Origin: Nitrososphaeraceae archaeon
GTDB taxonomy: Archaea; Thermoproteota; Nitrososphaeria; Nitrososphaerales; Nitrososphaeraceae
Assembly (NCBI GenBank): GCA_035297365.1
Contig: DATGZA010000011.1
Span: 64,001 to 128,000, forward strand
Direction of reading: 5' to 3'
Length of the DNA: 64,000 nt
Below the pieces are notes generated by a model. It saw only the letters and a program-made list of their open reading frames with translations. It was not told the origin of the DNA and ran no database searches. Positions 32,212 through 43,679 of the stretch are shown here, one piece after another (positions within the stretch are counted from its first letter, which is position 1; the number at the start of each line of letters is the position of its first letter). The translations under genes and the position numbers were made by a program.

Positions 32212-33516
32212 ATGGATAGTATAAACAAACAAGTTCCACTTTATCCTCTATTATTAATTAATTTTATAGGAACTTTAGGTTTTAGTATTGTTTTACCTTT
32301 TTTGATATTTTTAGTCATAGATTTTGGAGGGAATGCTATAGTCTATGGAATACTAGCTGCAGTATATCCTGCATTTCAACTAATAGGAGCTCCATTTCTA
32401 GGAAGATGGTCTGATATTTATGGGCGAAAAAAAGTTCTTCTTGTCAGTCATGGAGGAACATTAATTGGTTGGATATTTTTTCTTTTTGCATTATTTTTGC
32501 CTGTTGAAAATCTTTTTAGTATTAATTCTGCTCTTTTTGGAACTATTGTTATAACTCTTCCTTTACTTGTATTATTTTTTGCACGTTCTATTGATGGGAT
32601 AACAGGTGGCAATATTTCTGTTGCCAATGCCTATCTTGCAGATATTTCATCAGATGAAAATAGAAGTAAAAACTTTGGTAAAATGGCAATATCTTCGAAT
32701 CTTGGTTTTATTGTGGGTCCCGCATTAGCAGGAATTTTAGGTGCAACTATTTATCAAGAAATATTGCCTGTCTTGGCTGCTCTATTTCTCTCTCTAATTA
32801 CCTTAATAGTCATAGGTTTCGCTTTAAAAGAATCAAAGTCTCAATCGGCTGTTACGAAACAAATTCCGGAAGAAGAAAGTGTTAGAAAAGTTTTTGCACA
32901 TGAATGCAAAGAATGCTACCAGCCTGAAAATCCAAAGAAACTTAAATTCCAAGATGTTTTCAAGTTAGAAAATATTCCATTTCTAATTGTCTTATATTTT
33001 TTTATTTTCCTTGGATTTAACATATTTTATACATCTTTTCCAATTCATGCAGTAAATGATTTAAAATGGTCAGTAACCGAACTGGGAATATTTTATGCAG
33101 TATTAAGCGGAATCATGGTTTTGGTACAAGGTCCGATTTTGCATAAGTCTTTAAAAAAATTCTCTGAAGAAAAACTAGTTATAATTGGAAGTATCATTTT
33201 AGGTACAAATTTTATTTTATTTGTATCAAATGATGATATCTTAATTTATGTTGCTGCAATTCTATTTGCAGTTGGGAATGGGCTGATGTGGCCATCTTTT
33301 ATGTCAATGCTTTCGAAGATTTCTGGTAATATATATCAAGGATTCATACAAGGAGTTGCAAGTAGTTTTGGAAGTTTAGCAAGTATTTTTGGACTAACAA
33401 TAGGAGGATTTCTGTACAATTTAATCGGAGGATTTACTTTTCTAATTAGTGCTGGAATCATATTTGCAATTTTTATTATGTCTTTTAGACTATTGAAAAT
33501 GAAAGTGTTTAACTAA
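32212..33516 (+). CDS. MFS transporter (TetA-like drug:H+ antiporter family)
   Basis: GRWSDIYGRKKVL motif A, GITGGNISVANAYLAD, GFIVGPALAG. Confidence 0.9.
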   Translation: MDSINKQVPLYPLLLINFIGTLGFSIVLPFLIFLVIDFGGNAIVYGILAAVYPAFQLIGAPFLGRWSDIYGRKKVLLVSHGGTLIGWIFFLFALFLPVENLFSINSALFGTIVITLPLLVLFFARSIDGITGGNISVANAYLADISSDENRSKNFGKMAISSNLGFIVGPALAGILGATIYQEILPVLAALFLSLITLIVIGFALKESKSQSAVTKQIPEEESVRKVFAHECKECYQPENPKKLKFQDVFKLENIPFLIVLYFFIFLGFNIFYTSFPIHAVNDLKWSVTELGIFYAVLSGIMVLVQGPILHKSLKKFSEEKLVIIGSIILGTNFILFVSNDDILIYVAAILFAVGNGLMWPSFMSMLSKISGNIYQGFIQGVASSFGSLASIFGLTIGGFLYNLIGGFTFLISAGIIFAIFIMSFRLLKMKVFN

Positions 33517-33612
33517 CTAATTATAAAAAATAAAAAAGGTCTATCAAAATAGGATGTTATAGTTTAAATATAGTCTAAATTAAGCAATGTTTACCATTTT
33601 TTTTATTCTTTG

Positions 33613-33686
33613 AAAAATGTTATTGAACCATACTAATATAGGGGCTCGGAGGTTTGTAAAATGATTTTGACACAATTTTGTAGTTC
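33613..33686 (+). repeat. Dispersed site A6 (L1 + A)
   Basis: aaaaatgttatt-GAACCA-N11-GGGCTC-ggaggtttgtaaaatgattttgacacaattttgtagttc. Confidence 0.9.
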
Positions 33687-33713
33687 TATAGTTAGAAAAA
33701 ATAAATTATATCT

Positions 33714-34022
33714 TCATTTTCCAATTTTATTATGCACATCATCATATCTTTTTAGACCTACAATTTTTACGGTATTAAATAAGCCTAGTCCTGCCTCAAT
33801 GCATAGGCTCTCTATATCATGAGCACTTTCTGCTTCGAAAATTATCATCCATTCATGTTCAAGGACTGACATGTAGAATGCTTCAATATTTTTTACTCCA
33901 TATTTTGATTTATTTTGTTCTAGTTTATTTTTGATTTCAAGAAATACTTTTTTAGCCTCCACATTGTTCATAGGACAAGATTCTGGACTATGTATAGCAA
34001 ATGCACCAAAGAGATTTACCAT
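33714..34022 (-). CDS. Hypothetical protein (HSPESCP motif)
   Basis: 102-aa ORF; H.P.SCP...EH...IFEAES pattern. Confidence 0.7.
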   Translation of the reverse strand: MVNLFGAFAIHSPESCPMNNVEAKKVFLEIKNKLEQNKSKYGVKNIEAFYMSVLEHEWMIIFEAESAHDIESLCIEAGLGLFNTVKIVGLKRYDDVHNKIGK

Positions 34023-34165
34023 AATATTTTTTATAAAGAAATGAGGATATTAAGTTATACGATTTATAATTTAATATTTTTTAGTGAATTGCATCTTTTA
34101 CAATATATTGATTCTGTTACATCAATCGTTAGACTATTATTTAAAAAATTTTTAAATGTGCTAAA

Positions 34166-35218
34166 TTATAATTTTTGTGGAGTAGTAACTAATTTTCCAA
34201 ATAATTGTGATTCCATCATTTTTATGTGACCCATTACCATATCTTCAAAAGGATAAACTGTATCTATTATTACTTTTATTTTTCCTTTGCTTATCCATTT
34301 AATAACTTCATCTAGTTCCGCACGACTTCCTTGGGTAGATCCAAGAATATTTAGGCCTCTAAAGAAGAGATATCTCAAATCTATTTCTGAATCATATCCT
34401 GTTGTTGCTCCTGTAGATACTAAAGTTCCACCCATATTTAAGAGGCTAACTTCTTTTGGAAATACAGATTTACCTATATGTTCAAAAATAATATCTACGC
34501 CTCCTTGATTATTTGTTAAATTTCTAACTTTCTTGTACCAATCAGGTTCTCTATGGTTGACAACATGATCAGCACCTAATTCAAGACATTTATCCATTTT
34601 TTCCTGTGAACCAGCCGTTGCAATAACATCACAATTGAATAACTTTGCAATCTGAATACCTGCTATTCCCATACCACTTCCACCTCCCATAATCAAAACA
34701 GTTTGCCCTGGCTGAATATTAGTTCTAGTAACTAACATGTGCCAAGAAGTTACCCCCACCATAGAAATAGCTGCTGCATCTTCAAACGAAACATTATCAG
34801 GAACTTTTATAACATTAACTTCTGGTAAATATGTATATTGCGCAAATCCCCCCCATAACGGACCTGTTTGAAAACCCCATACTTGTCTATGACGACAATC
34901 ATATTCTTTTCCAGAAGTACATTCCTTACATATTCTACAGGTTAAAGTAGAATGTCCCACTATTCTATCTCCTATTTTAATATCTAAAACATTTTCTGCC
35001 ACATCTACTACTGTACCTGAAACATCACTTCCAGAAATGTGAGGAAGAGGAATTTTGATTGGTTCTCCCCATATTCCCCAAAGATCATCATAATTATAAG
35101 AAGCTGCTTCAACTTTTATAAGAACTTGGTTATGTTTAATTTTAGGAACTTCTATCTCTTCTATTTTTACAACTTTTCTTGGATCTTTGTTATGTTCATG
35201 ATATACAGCTGCCTTCAT
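34166..35218 (-). CDS. Zinc-binding dehydrogenase (MDR superfamily)
   Basis: PHISGSDVSG, CRICKEC..G....C, GGGSGMG. Confidence 0.92.
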   Translation of the reverse strand: MKAAVYHEHNKDPRKVVKIEEIEVPKIKHNQVLIKVEAASYNYDDLWGIWGEPIKIPLPHISGSDVSGTVVDVAENVLDIKIGDRIVGHSTLTCRICKECTSGKEYDCRHRQVWGFQTGPLWGGFAQYTYLPEVNVIKVPDNVSFEDAAAISMVGVTSWHMLVTRTNIQPGQTVLIMGGGSGMGIAGIQIAKLFNCDVIATAGSQEKMDKCLELGADHVVNHREPDWYKKVRNLTNNQGGVDIIFEHIGKSVFPKEVSLLNMGGTLVSTGATTGYDSEIDLRYLFFRGLNILGSTQGSRAELDEVIKWISKGKIKVIIDTVYPFEDMVMGHIKMMESQLFGKLVTTPQKL

Positions 35219-35480
35219 TTCACTAAAAAGTATACTATAGGAAATTTAAAGAATAGGTTTACAAAGTATTAAAAAATAATTATTACAAGAGAAAAAAAAC
35301 AATCTGCAACGATAAATCTAAAGTAATTTAAAGCAAGAAGGAGATTGTAAAAAATCTTCCTGTTTGTAAATTAAGAGAGTTAAGTGGATATCATATCCTC
35401 GGTTATTAGTATTATATTAAAAAAATATATTTTGCATTTGAACTGAATTTAGTTATATATCAAAAACTTACAGCTGCAGA

Positions 35481-35520
35481 GAGACGATAATCAATTGATT
35501 TTGACACAATTTTGTAGTTC
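35481..35520 (+). repeat. Dispersed site A7 (right arm A only)
   Basis: gataatcaattgattttgacacaattttgtagttc. Confidence 0.75.
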
Positions 35521-35709
35521 ACAAAAAAGAAATGTTGTAAATTGATTAGTAATATTTGAATGCAAATTAACTAAAAATAAAGAGGCAGAACCTTACTAAC
35601 TAGATGCAAAATTTCTTATACTGATCGCCCATGTAAGATGTGTTATAACCTTACTCTAAGTTTTGGTTATTGACTTGAAGATAGAAACAAAATAGAATTA
35701 TACTGGATA

Positions 35710-36636
35710 ATGTATGGCAATTTAATGGAAAGATTTTTTTGGACCCAAAAGGAGGACATCGGTGCTTCACCTAGAACGGATCATTCAATGTGCTATGACT
35801 CTGATAAAGAGAAAGTAGTGCTTTTTGGGGGTGTGGCTGCCGGTACTAATCGTCTAGGTGACACTTGGATATGGAATGGCAATGAATGGACTCAAGTATC
35901 TGATACCGGACCATCACCAAGATCCGGTTCGGATATGGTTTATGACTCTTTTAGAAAAAAGTCTGTTTTATTCGGCGGCTATGCCGGAGGTTTGCCAACT
36001 GACCACTTTAATGATACTTGGGAATGGGATGGCCATGAATGGACTCAAGTAGCTGATACCGGACCATCAGCACGTCGAAATCATGCTATGGCATATGATT
36101 CCACGAGGCAAAGAGTAGTATTATTTGGCGGAGCACCCTTTAATGGTCCGTTTTTTAATGATACTTGGGAATGGGATGGCAATGAATGGACTCAAGTAGC
36201 TGATACCGGACCATCAGGACGCCATGCACACACTATGACGTATGATGAGTCTGCACAGATCGTGTTATTATTTAGTGGATCAACATTAATCGGGAGCTCA
36301 GTGGGAGAGACATGGGGATGGGATGGCAATGAGTGGACACACTTGCAGCATCTAGGCCCTGGCCGTTTAGTCGGATCACCTATGGTATACACAGTTCACG
36401 GTACAATTCTTTTTGGAGGAAAAACTGTAAATGACGAAGTAAATGATAATACTTGGCTGTGGGACGGTCCATTTTGGACTCATACTCAAGATATAGGTCC
36501 TAGCGCTAGATACGGTCATGCCCTCGCTTATGATAGCAGAAGAGATAGAGTAGTACTATTTGGTGGAGGAGTAGTTGCTGCTGGAATGCCACCTCTTGGT
36601 GATACATGGGAACTCAAAATAGAACCAATCTCATAA
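35710..36636 (+). CDS. Kelch-like beta-propeller repeat protein
   Basis: Six repeats of GPS.R..H.M.YDS....VVLFGG...DTWEWDG.EWTQ. Confidence 0.88.
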   Translation: MYGNLMERFFWTQKEDIGASPRTDHSMCYDSDKEKVVLFGGVAAGTNRLGDTWIWNGNEWTQVSDTGPSPRSGSDMVYDSFRKKSVLFGGYAGGLPTDHFNDTWEWDGHEWTQVADTGPSARRNHAMAYDSTRQRVVLFGGAPFNGPFFNDTWEWDGNEWTQVADTGPSGRHAHTMTYDESAQIVLLFSGSTLIGSSVGETWGWDGNEWTHLQHLGPGRLVGSPMVYTVHGTILFGGKTVNDEVNDNTWLWDGPFWTHTQDIGPSARYGHALAYDSRRDRVVLFGGGVVAAGMPPLGDTWELKIEPIS

Positions 36637-36868
36637 ATATACATTATTTTTTTGTTCTACTTGATAATAATTTTATACAAGGATTATGTAAAAAATTTAT
36701 GTCAAATCTGTTTCCTTTGACAACAACGTATTTAAAAACAATTTATAGACAAATTTTATTAAATAATCATAAAAGGTAACAAATGAGATTTTAACATTAG
36801 ATTTTAACATTATTTATAAGGTTAAAATTTTTGACCTTAAAATTACGTTAGTTTAGATTTAAGAATAT

Positions 36869-36915
36869 TGGAGGGGCTTAGAGTATTACATGGATTTTGA
36901 TCCGGTAACATAATA
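36869..36915 (+). repeat. Dispersed site B3 (degenerate)
   Basis: ggaggggcttagagtattacatggattttgatccggtaacataata; shares cggtaacataata with 42303-42315. Confidence 0.65.
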
Positions 36916-37343
36916 CTGGTTATAGCTCATTACCTAAAATGATCTATTTTTTTTATTTAGTATTACATATCGTCCCTTTATTAATTCATTTATATCTTTA
37001 AAAATCCATCTTATTTATTCTAGAAAATTTTATATATTATTGATATTTGTTAATTTTAAAATGTGAATCAAATTTTTGTTAAATCTATTAGTATCTCCCC
37101 CTTATCATCATAATACTATTAGTGTCATACATTGTACCTTGCATATTTGCACAAGATGAATCATCAGAGGTAATGTCTTCTATGAAATTTTAGGATTTAG
37201 ATTGATATAAATAGTAACATGTTTATATTTCAGTGAAGCGATTAAACTATTTGCGATAGCGATAGAATTTTGTGATACAAGTTATTTAAGAAAGATATTT
37301 AATTCTTGAATTTGTTTAAATATTGGTACTCTAATGTAGTCAT

Positions 37344-37745
37344 ATGTTAGGAGCAGAAATAGGTCATGAAGAGGGTCAGATTATTGGACGTAGAGTGTTG
37401 GAGGAAGTTCCCAAAATAGAAAATACGTTTAATGCGGAGGGTAGTTTTAGAGGAATAGATATCAACGATCTAGGAACTTATTGGACCACTGTAAGACCAG
37501 GAGGAGTATTATATGGAGAGGGACAAGGAGTCTTAGTTAGTACAGATGGTCAAATGGCTACATGGACAGCACAGGGATTGGGTCGATATATATCTTCAAG
37601 AGTAATAAGATTTCGCGGTAGTTCATTTTATAGAACAGATTCAACAGGAAGTCTTGCTTTTCTCAACAATATGATGGCAGTTTTTGAATTTGAAATAGAT
37701 GAACGAGGTAATACGTCCGCAAGAAATTGGGAATGGGAATTTTGA
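37344..37745 (+). CDS. Beta-rich hypothetical protein (no signal peptide), paralog of 9810..10352
   Basis: GTYWTTVRPGGVLYGEGQG...LAFLNN...EIDERGN...WEW. Confidence 0.75.
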   Translation: MLGAEIGHEEGQIIGRRVLEEVPKIENTFNAEGSFRGIDINDLGTYWTTVRPGGVLYGEGQGVLVSTDGQMATWTAQGLGRYISSRVIRFRGSSFYRTDSTGSLAFLNNMMAVFEFEIDERGNTSARNWEWEF

Positions 37746-37870
37746 CTAAAAATAACCAATATTGTTATTTTTACTTTTATTCTTTTGTCTCCCTTTTTAT
37801 CAATTTAATTTAGTTTAATTATAGTATCTATAAACACTATAATTATCTTTTCCAAAGAACTTATTTCATT

Positions 37871-37928
37871 TCAAATGGTTGACGGGCTCGCAGGTGTATC
37901 AACTGTTTTTGGCACAATTTTGTAGTTC
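37871..37928 (+). repeat. Dispersed site A8 (L4 + A)
   Basis: tcaaatggttgac-GGGCTC-gcaggtgtatcaactgtttttggcacaattttgtagttc. Confidence 0.88.
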
Positions 37929-37982
37929 CCTTTAGAGATATTTATAAAAGATATTTTCTTACTAACATATAGATAAACAATA

Positions 37983-38294
37983 ATGGCATTATATATAGTG
38001 AGAGCAAAACCAAAAAATGACCTGTCTGGTCTTAGGAAAGAATTGAATTCTGGAGAAATATCAAGACTTAGGCCATTTGGAAAAACACTACAATATGGGT
38101 TAGATAACGCAAAATTTGATCCCAAAGATGGATATGCTTTATGGATAGAAACAGATTATTGTACTCCTCCATTAGCCATGGAAAGAGAAAGTGTCCTTGA
38201 TAGATATTTTGAGGATATTAAGGTTCAACTTATTGCCTCAGAAAAAGAAGGATGGGATAGAATTGCCAATATTCCTGGACTTTGGACTAAATAG
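37983..38294 (+). CDS. Conserved-looking hypothetical protein
   Basis: Y.VRAKP...L..GEI..LRPFG...W.E.DYC.PPLAMER..VLDRYF. Confidence 0.75.
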   Translation: MALYIVRAKPKNDLSGLRKELNSGEISRLRPFGKTLQYGLDNAKFDPKDGYALWIETDYCTPPLAMERESVLDRYFEDIKVQLIASEKEGWDRIANIPGLWTK

Positions 38295-38330
38295 AAAAAT
38301 GTATGACTAAGTGTTGCTTAATTATTTCAT

Positions 38331-39968
38331 ATGGTTGAAAGAAAAGGACAACTACACGAAGAAGAAAATATTCCAGCATCCGGTCTGAGTCCTTTTAGAT
38401 CTAATCTGTATAGGACGTTGTGGATTTCTGCCCTCTTTTTATATATTGGTGCAGCTATGTACGATATAGGGGCATCATGGTTAATGACTTCACTTGCCCC
38501 AAATCCTTTATTCGTGTCCCTTATCACAACAGCGACTACTCTACCAATTTTTCTCTTTGCATTACCATCTGGAGCATTATCTGATATTTTTGACCGGCGT
38601 AATATACTCATTATTGCTTGTGCATACATGTTGACAATTTCTATGATACTAGGAATGCTCACTCTTGTTGGTGTGACTACTCCAGTGGTATTACTGATAT
38701 TTACTTTTGCGTTAGGAGCAGGCATGACTATGATTAGGACTCCTATTATTCCCATCATGAGTGGACTAGTATCAAGTTCAGAACTACCTGCTGCTCTAAC
38801 CCTTAGTGCTGTTGCTGGCAATTTAGGTCGTATCGTTGGCGCCGCAGTTGGTGGTTTTATTGTAGCAATAGTTGCACCCTGGGCTGTATTTTTTCTTAAT
38901 TCAGCTTCATTTATTGGTATGATTATTGTGCTAAGTAGATTACCAAAAAAGTCTGAGGTCAATCAACAAAGCTCCCTACCTCCAGAGAATATAATTCGAG
39001 CTATTCGAGCTCAGATACGATATATACGCTATTCTCAAGCAGCACATGTGTTAATTGTCCGTGCTGGTTTATTCACATTATGTAGTAGTGCATTATTATC
39101 TCTCTTGCCAATCTTAGCTAAACATGACTTGGGACTTGATTCGACAGGTTTTGGACTGCTATTAGGATCTTTTGGTACGGGTGCGATAATTGGTGGAATT
39201 GTAATTTTGCCAAAATTGCGATCTAAGGTTTCAGTAGAATCTCTTATTACAGGTTCCATAGGGTTACTGGCAATGGTAATATTAACAATGGGGTATTTAC
39301 GAGATTTTGCCATTCTTTGTGTAATCATGGGGATAGGAGGGATAGCTTACATCACGATATTATCAAAATTTTATACCATTGGAATAAAATCTGCCCCAAA
39401 GTGGATTGGAGCCAGAGTATTGGCAGTTTATCTACTCATACTAAATGGTGGCTTGGCAGTTGGAAGTGTAATATGGGGTACAATGGCTAACACATTTGGC
39501 ATCCAAATTACCCTGTCAGTAGCTTCGCTAGCCTTAGGTGTAAGTATTCTTGCTAAGAAGCGTTATAACACTACTTTGTTGGATGATCTAGATTTTACAC
39601 CAGCAAGTGATCACTGGTCACTTCCTGCCGAGCTCTTAATTGATCCCCCACAAAGTGACAATCAAGCCCTAATAACAATTGATTATAAGATTGATCCTAA
39701 ATTATCTGACGAGTTTGAGCAGAATGTTCGTGAGTTAGGACGTATTCTTAAGAGCGAAGGAATGGCCTATTGGGAATTATATCAAGACACAGCAGATATT
39801 GGCCACTATATAGAAATCAGAATTGCAGACACTTGGACTGAACACATGCGTCAGCATGAACGCGTTACCAAGAACGTTCAGGCCATGGAAGATAAAATCC
39901 GCTTACTTCTCAAAGATGGTCCGAAACCAATAGTTGCTCATTATATAGGTAAATCTGCTCCCAAATAG
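38331..39968 (+). CDS. MFS transporter (MFS_3/DUF894 type) with soluble C-terminal domain
   Basis: GASWLMTSL, LPSGALSDIFDRR; C-terminal W.EH.RQHERVT. Confidence 0.9.
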   Translation: MVERKGQLHEEENIPASGLSPFRSNLYRTLWISALFLYIGAAMYDIGASWLMTSLAPNPLFVSLITTATTLPIFLFALPSGALSDIFDRRNILIIACAYMLTISMILGMLTLVGVTTPVVLLIFTFALGAGMTMIRTPIIPIMSGLVSSSELPAALTLSAVAGNLGRIVGAAVGGFIVAIVAPWAVFFLNSASFIGMIIVLSRLPKKSEVNQQSSLPPENIIRAIRAQIRYIRYSQAAHVLIVRAGLFTLCSSALLSLLPILAKHDLGLDSTGFGLLLGSFGTGAIIGGIVILPKLRSKVSVESLITGSIGLLAMVILTMGYLRDFAILCVIMGIGGIAYITILSKFYTIGIKSAPKWIGARVLAVYLLILNGGLAVGSVIWGTMANTFGIQITLSVASLALGVSILAKKRYNTTLLDDLDFTPASDHWSLPAELLIDPPQSDNQALITIDYKIDPKLSDEFEQNVRELGRILKSEGMAYWELYQDTADIGHYIEIRIADTWTEHMRQHERVTKNVQAMEDKIRLLLKDGPKPIVAHYIGKSAPK

Positions 39969-40861
39969 TTTCTTCAACTCCAATGGTTCTCTTTTTTTAT
40001 TCTCGAGAGTCCTGGATTTTTTTTGGATTTGCCACAATTCCATTATTGTTTCTTTCCAATCTCTTCATTCTCATGGATTTCAGGCCAGAACGATACAAGC
40101 AATTTATTATCTGAATCTAAAAATCTTAGTCATTTTGTATTCAAAGTATTAGGGTAATTTTGGATTTCCAAGATTAATAATATGGTATATAGGAGAACTC
40201 AACAAATGTATATTTATGCTCAAGGATTGTAATCTAATCTTTACCTATTAAGAGACCGAAAGTATCTATTTAATATAAAGATGTTTAAAAGTAAAACAAT
40301 TAAGGAAATGATACCGCTCTAAAAGGAAGCTTAAATGGGATATCACCATTATTATTCTCCTGTTTTCCTAGGACAATTTGATTATAAAACGAGATCTCGC
40401 TACTTAGAAATAGAATACTTAGTAAAATATAAGATATATTATTTTCTTCAAAAACTCATATATTGTGTATATACAATTTCTAAATATATTAATATGAGGT
40501 AACATAGTTTATAGACTAATGTCATAGAGCCATATCTTTAAATTAGTTACATAATACTTAAAATCTTAAATCTGACCTCTCTATTCCCGAGATATAATAA
40601 TTATTCATTCGCAAAACAGAATAAAGAAAATTAATGAGTAATGAATTTTAAATATCTCTTAATGTAAATAATAATCCCTAGATGTATCATCCTTTTATAT
40701 GATGAAATTATTGTTTCTAATTTAGTCTATAAATTATGTGTTAAAATTTCGTAGTACCACAAAAATATCCTTATTCCCTTATTATTTTTGATATTATTTA
40801 TTATTTGATATATCAAATAATTTTAATCGAGGTACATATACATAACACAAAATATATTTAA

Positions 40862-40976
40862 TATAAATGAACTATTTTTTATCAATCAATGAATTAAAGG
40901 TTAAAAGATCAAACATGTTGTTGTGATAATAGGGACTGGGAGAAGACTTAGAGTACGACATGTACTTGGAATTGGT
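40862..40976 (+). repeat. Dispersed site B4 (L5 + B)
   Basis: Left arm ataaatgaa...aatgaattaaaggttaaaa matches 59766-59810; gacttagagtacgacatgtacttggaattggtt. Confidence 0.75.
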
Positions 40977-41159
40977 TTGTGAAAAGTATTATATATTTAT
41001 ATCAAAGTAATTCACAGTAATTAAAAATTATTCCCTATATTATAGTAACATAGATATTCTTATAGGAAAATAATATTGTGATTCTGTGAAAGTATTGATT
41101 ATAAAATAAGATTTCAAAATAAGTAAATTCATAACTACCTTTGAGCTGTTTTAGAATCT

Positions 41160-42209
41160 ATGATTCATGTTATGGGATATGCAGCTAAGGAAGCCAAAGC
41201 GTCTCTAACACCTTTTTCTTTTGAAAGACGGGACCTCCGTGATCATGATGTAATGATTGATATTCAGTATTGTGGGATTTGTCATACAGATATTCACCAA
41301 GTAAATAATGAATGGGGACGATCAATCTACCCTATGGTTCCAGGTCACGAGATAGTTGGAAATGTTTCACATGTAGGTTCACAAGTTACGCGATTCAAGG
41401 TTGGTGATAAAGTAGGTGTAGGTTGTTTTGTTGATTCTTGCCGCAATTGTCATGCTTGCCGTCAAGGGATCGAACAATATTGTAGTAATGTTCTAACAAC
41501 TTATAATGGAATAGAAAAAGATGGCAAAACTCCTACTCAAGGAGGATATTCTAAAAAAATTGTAGTAGATGAAAACTATATCCTTCGTATGCCTGACAAC
41601 CTTGCTCCAGAACGTGCAGCTCCCCTTCTTTGCGCTGGTATAACTCTTTATTCACCTCTCATACATTGGAAAGCAGGACCAGGAAAAAAAGTTGCTATAA
41701 TAGGTCTTGGTGGCTTGGGACATATAGGTGTAAAAATTGCACATGCACTCGGCGCAGAAATAACTGTGTTAAGCCATTCACTTAAAAAACAAGAAGATGC
41801 CAAGAAAATGGGAGCTCATAAATTTTATGCTACATCAAATCCAAAAACTTTCGAAAAATTTGAAGGATATTTTGACATTATAGTCAATACAGTTTCAACT
41901 GATCTTAACTTGAGCCAGTATTTGAATCTGCTTAAACTTGACGGAACAATGGTAATAGTTGGAGCTCCAGAAAAAGATGCTCGAGTAAGCGCACAATCTT
42001 TGATAAGTGCTCGTCGTAATCTCGCTGGTTCTCTAATTGGTGGAATTAATGAAACTCAAGAAATGCTCAATTTTTGTAGTAAACACGATATTGCATGTGA
42101 CGTTGAACTCATTCCAATTCAAAAGGTGAATGAAGCCTATGACCGTATCTTAGATAGCGATGTACGATATCGTTTTGTAATCGATTTAAATTCTCTTGGT
42201 AAAATGTAA
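41160..42209 (+). CDS. NAD(P)-dependent zinc alcohol dehydrogenase (cinnamyl ADH / YahK-like)
   Basis: [50 protein letters not shown]. Confidence 0.95.
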   Translation: MIHVMGYAAKEAKASLTPFSFERRDLRDHDVMIDIQYCGICHTDIHQVNNEWGRSIYPMVPGHEIVGNVSHVGSQVTRFKVGDKVGVGCFVDSCRNCHACRQGIEQYCSNVLTTYNGIEKDGKTPTQGGYSKKIVVDENYILRMPDNLAPERAAPLLCAGITLYSPLIHWKAGPGKKVAIIGLGGLGHIGVKIAHALGAEITVLSHSLKKQEDAKKMGAHKFYATSNPKTFEKFEGYFDIIVNTVSTDLNLSQYLNLLKLDGTMVIVGAPEKDARVSAQSLISARRNLAGSLIGGINETQEMLNFCSKHDIACDVELIPIQKVNEAYDRILDSDVRYRFVIDLNSLGKM

Positions 42210-42263
42210 CTATGAAGTTGAACTAATAATATCTGGTCAAAAGAATAGCATGTGTATTTTTAT

Positions 42264-42320
42264 CGGGCTCGGAGGACTTCGAATTTCTATTAAATCAGGG
42301 TTCGGTAACATAATATTTAG
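42264..42320 (+). repeat. Dispersed site B5
   Basis: c-GGGCTC-ggaggacttc-GAATTT-ctattaaatca-GGGTTC-ggtaacataatatttag. Confidence 0.85.
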
Positions 42321-42646
42321 GAGGATTTTCGTTATTTACTTATATTGAGGGATTAGAATCTGGAAGTGAAGATATAGAAAAAATTGAAAAGGCCTTAGAG
42401 ATAAGCCAATATTAATCTAATAATTAGATTAATCTAGTTTTATTGTTATGTTTGATAATTTGAATTACCAAATGGTTGAAAGGAATTCAAATTTATAAAT
42501 GATATTTTAATAAAGTTTTAGTTGAATATAGTCAAGTGTTAAGCATTTTCTAGCATTTTCTATTATTTTTATTGTCCAAAATTTATATATTTTAGCAAGT
42601 CATAAAAATTAAAATAAATAAAAATAAGGTAAAAAATCACTTATTA

Positions 42647-43282
42647 TTATTCTACTTTAATTTCTTTTCCTTTAGGCTTTGTCTGTTTCCTTCTATTAAA
42701 TACGATTTCCAGAATTCCGTTATTATATGTAGATTTAACAGTTTCAATGTCTGCTTCTGTTGGTAAATCTATTACCTTATGGTATTTTCTTTGTGGATTA
42801 TCACTTATAATTTCTACCGAATTTTCGTAAGCATTTATCTTTATATTTTCTTTTTTGATACCTGGCATTTCTACTACAATTTTTACTTCCTTATCTGTAG
42901 CTGATATATCAACTAAAGGTTCTCTTTCTGAAGAAATTGATGGTTGTTTGAAGAATCCTGCCCTGCCTGTAAAAGGAGATTTTACGTTACCAAATTCTCT
43001 TATATCTGGTTTTCCATCAGGTCCTATGGTCATAGAATAGCCATATATTATTGGACCTACTTCTCTAACTTTTCCACCTTCCGGTGTTTCGTATTCTTTA
43101 ACTAAATCTTTTGGTACTCTGTTTTCAATATTTTTAAATGGTTCAGAAAACGTTCTTTCTATTTCGTTTCTCATTTCATCAAATTCTCTGAATAAATCGT
43201 TAAGGTTCCAGCTGCCAAAAGGACTTCGTCCACCAAAAAATCTTTTGTCCCAATCTCTTGGAATTATATCTCTATTACTCAT
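42647..43282 (-). CDS. hsp20: Archaeal small heat shock protein Hsp20
   Basis: GPIIYGYSMTIGPDGKP.IREFGN, REPLVD, EMPGI.KE.I, YNNGILEI. Confidence 0.93.
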   Translation of the reverse strand: MSNRDIIPRDWDKRFFGGRSPFGSWNLNDLFREFDEMRNEIERTFSEPFKNIENRVPKDLVKEYETPEGGKVREVGPIIYGYSMTIGPDGKPDIREFGNVKSPFTGRAGFFKQPSISSEREPLVDISATDKEVKIVVEMPGIKKENIKINAYENSVEIISDNPQRKYHKVIDLPTEADIETVKSTYNNGILEIVFNRRKQTKPKGKEIKVE

Positions 43283-43499
43283 TGTAAGATTTCACCATAT
43301 GTTGTAATACACATTACATTATATAAACCTTATTACACAATTGAGTTCGTTTAAATGATTTATTATTGCGATGAATATTTTTATTTGATGACCTATATTA
43401 TGAGAAGTTATCTCTACTACTTACCTTATTATTTGACACGAGGAATAACGGCTATAGAAAAGGAAATAAATATTCTTAATTATTAACACGTTAATGATT

Positions 43500-43644
43500 T
43501 TATTTTTTTTTATCAATAATTTCTGATAGTTGGTGCTTGTATGTCTTGATTCCTGATATCTGTAATATTCTTGTATCAAATGCCTGTTGGCATTATTGCA
43601 ATCTCATTTATTTTTTTCAGAACAGTTTCAAGTTTTTGGTGCAT
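43500..43644 (-). pseudogene. Frameshifted N-terminal fragment, possibly of a tyrosine recombinase/integrase
   Basis: MHQKLETVLKKINEI / CNNANRHLIQEYYRYQESRHTSTNYQK after one frameshift; recalled resemblance to N-terminal domains of Nitrososphaeraceae integrase-family proteins; no catalytic domain visible. Confidence 0.45.
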
Positions 43645-43679
43645 TTACAGGTCTCTCCTTCCTGTTTTATTACAATATT

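Noticed and set aside
43303-43318. TGTAAT-N4-ATTACA inverted repeat upstream of hsp20
   Set aside because: Plausible operator position, but a 6-bp AT-rich repeat is expected by chance here.
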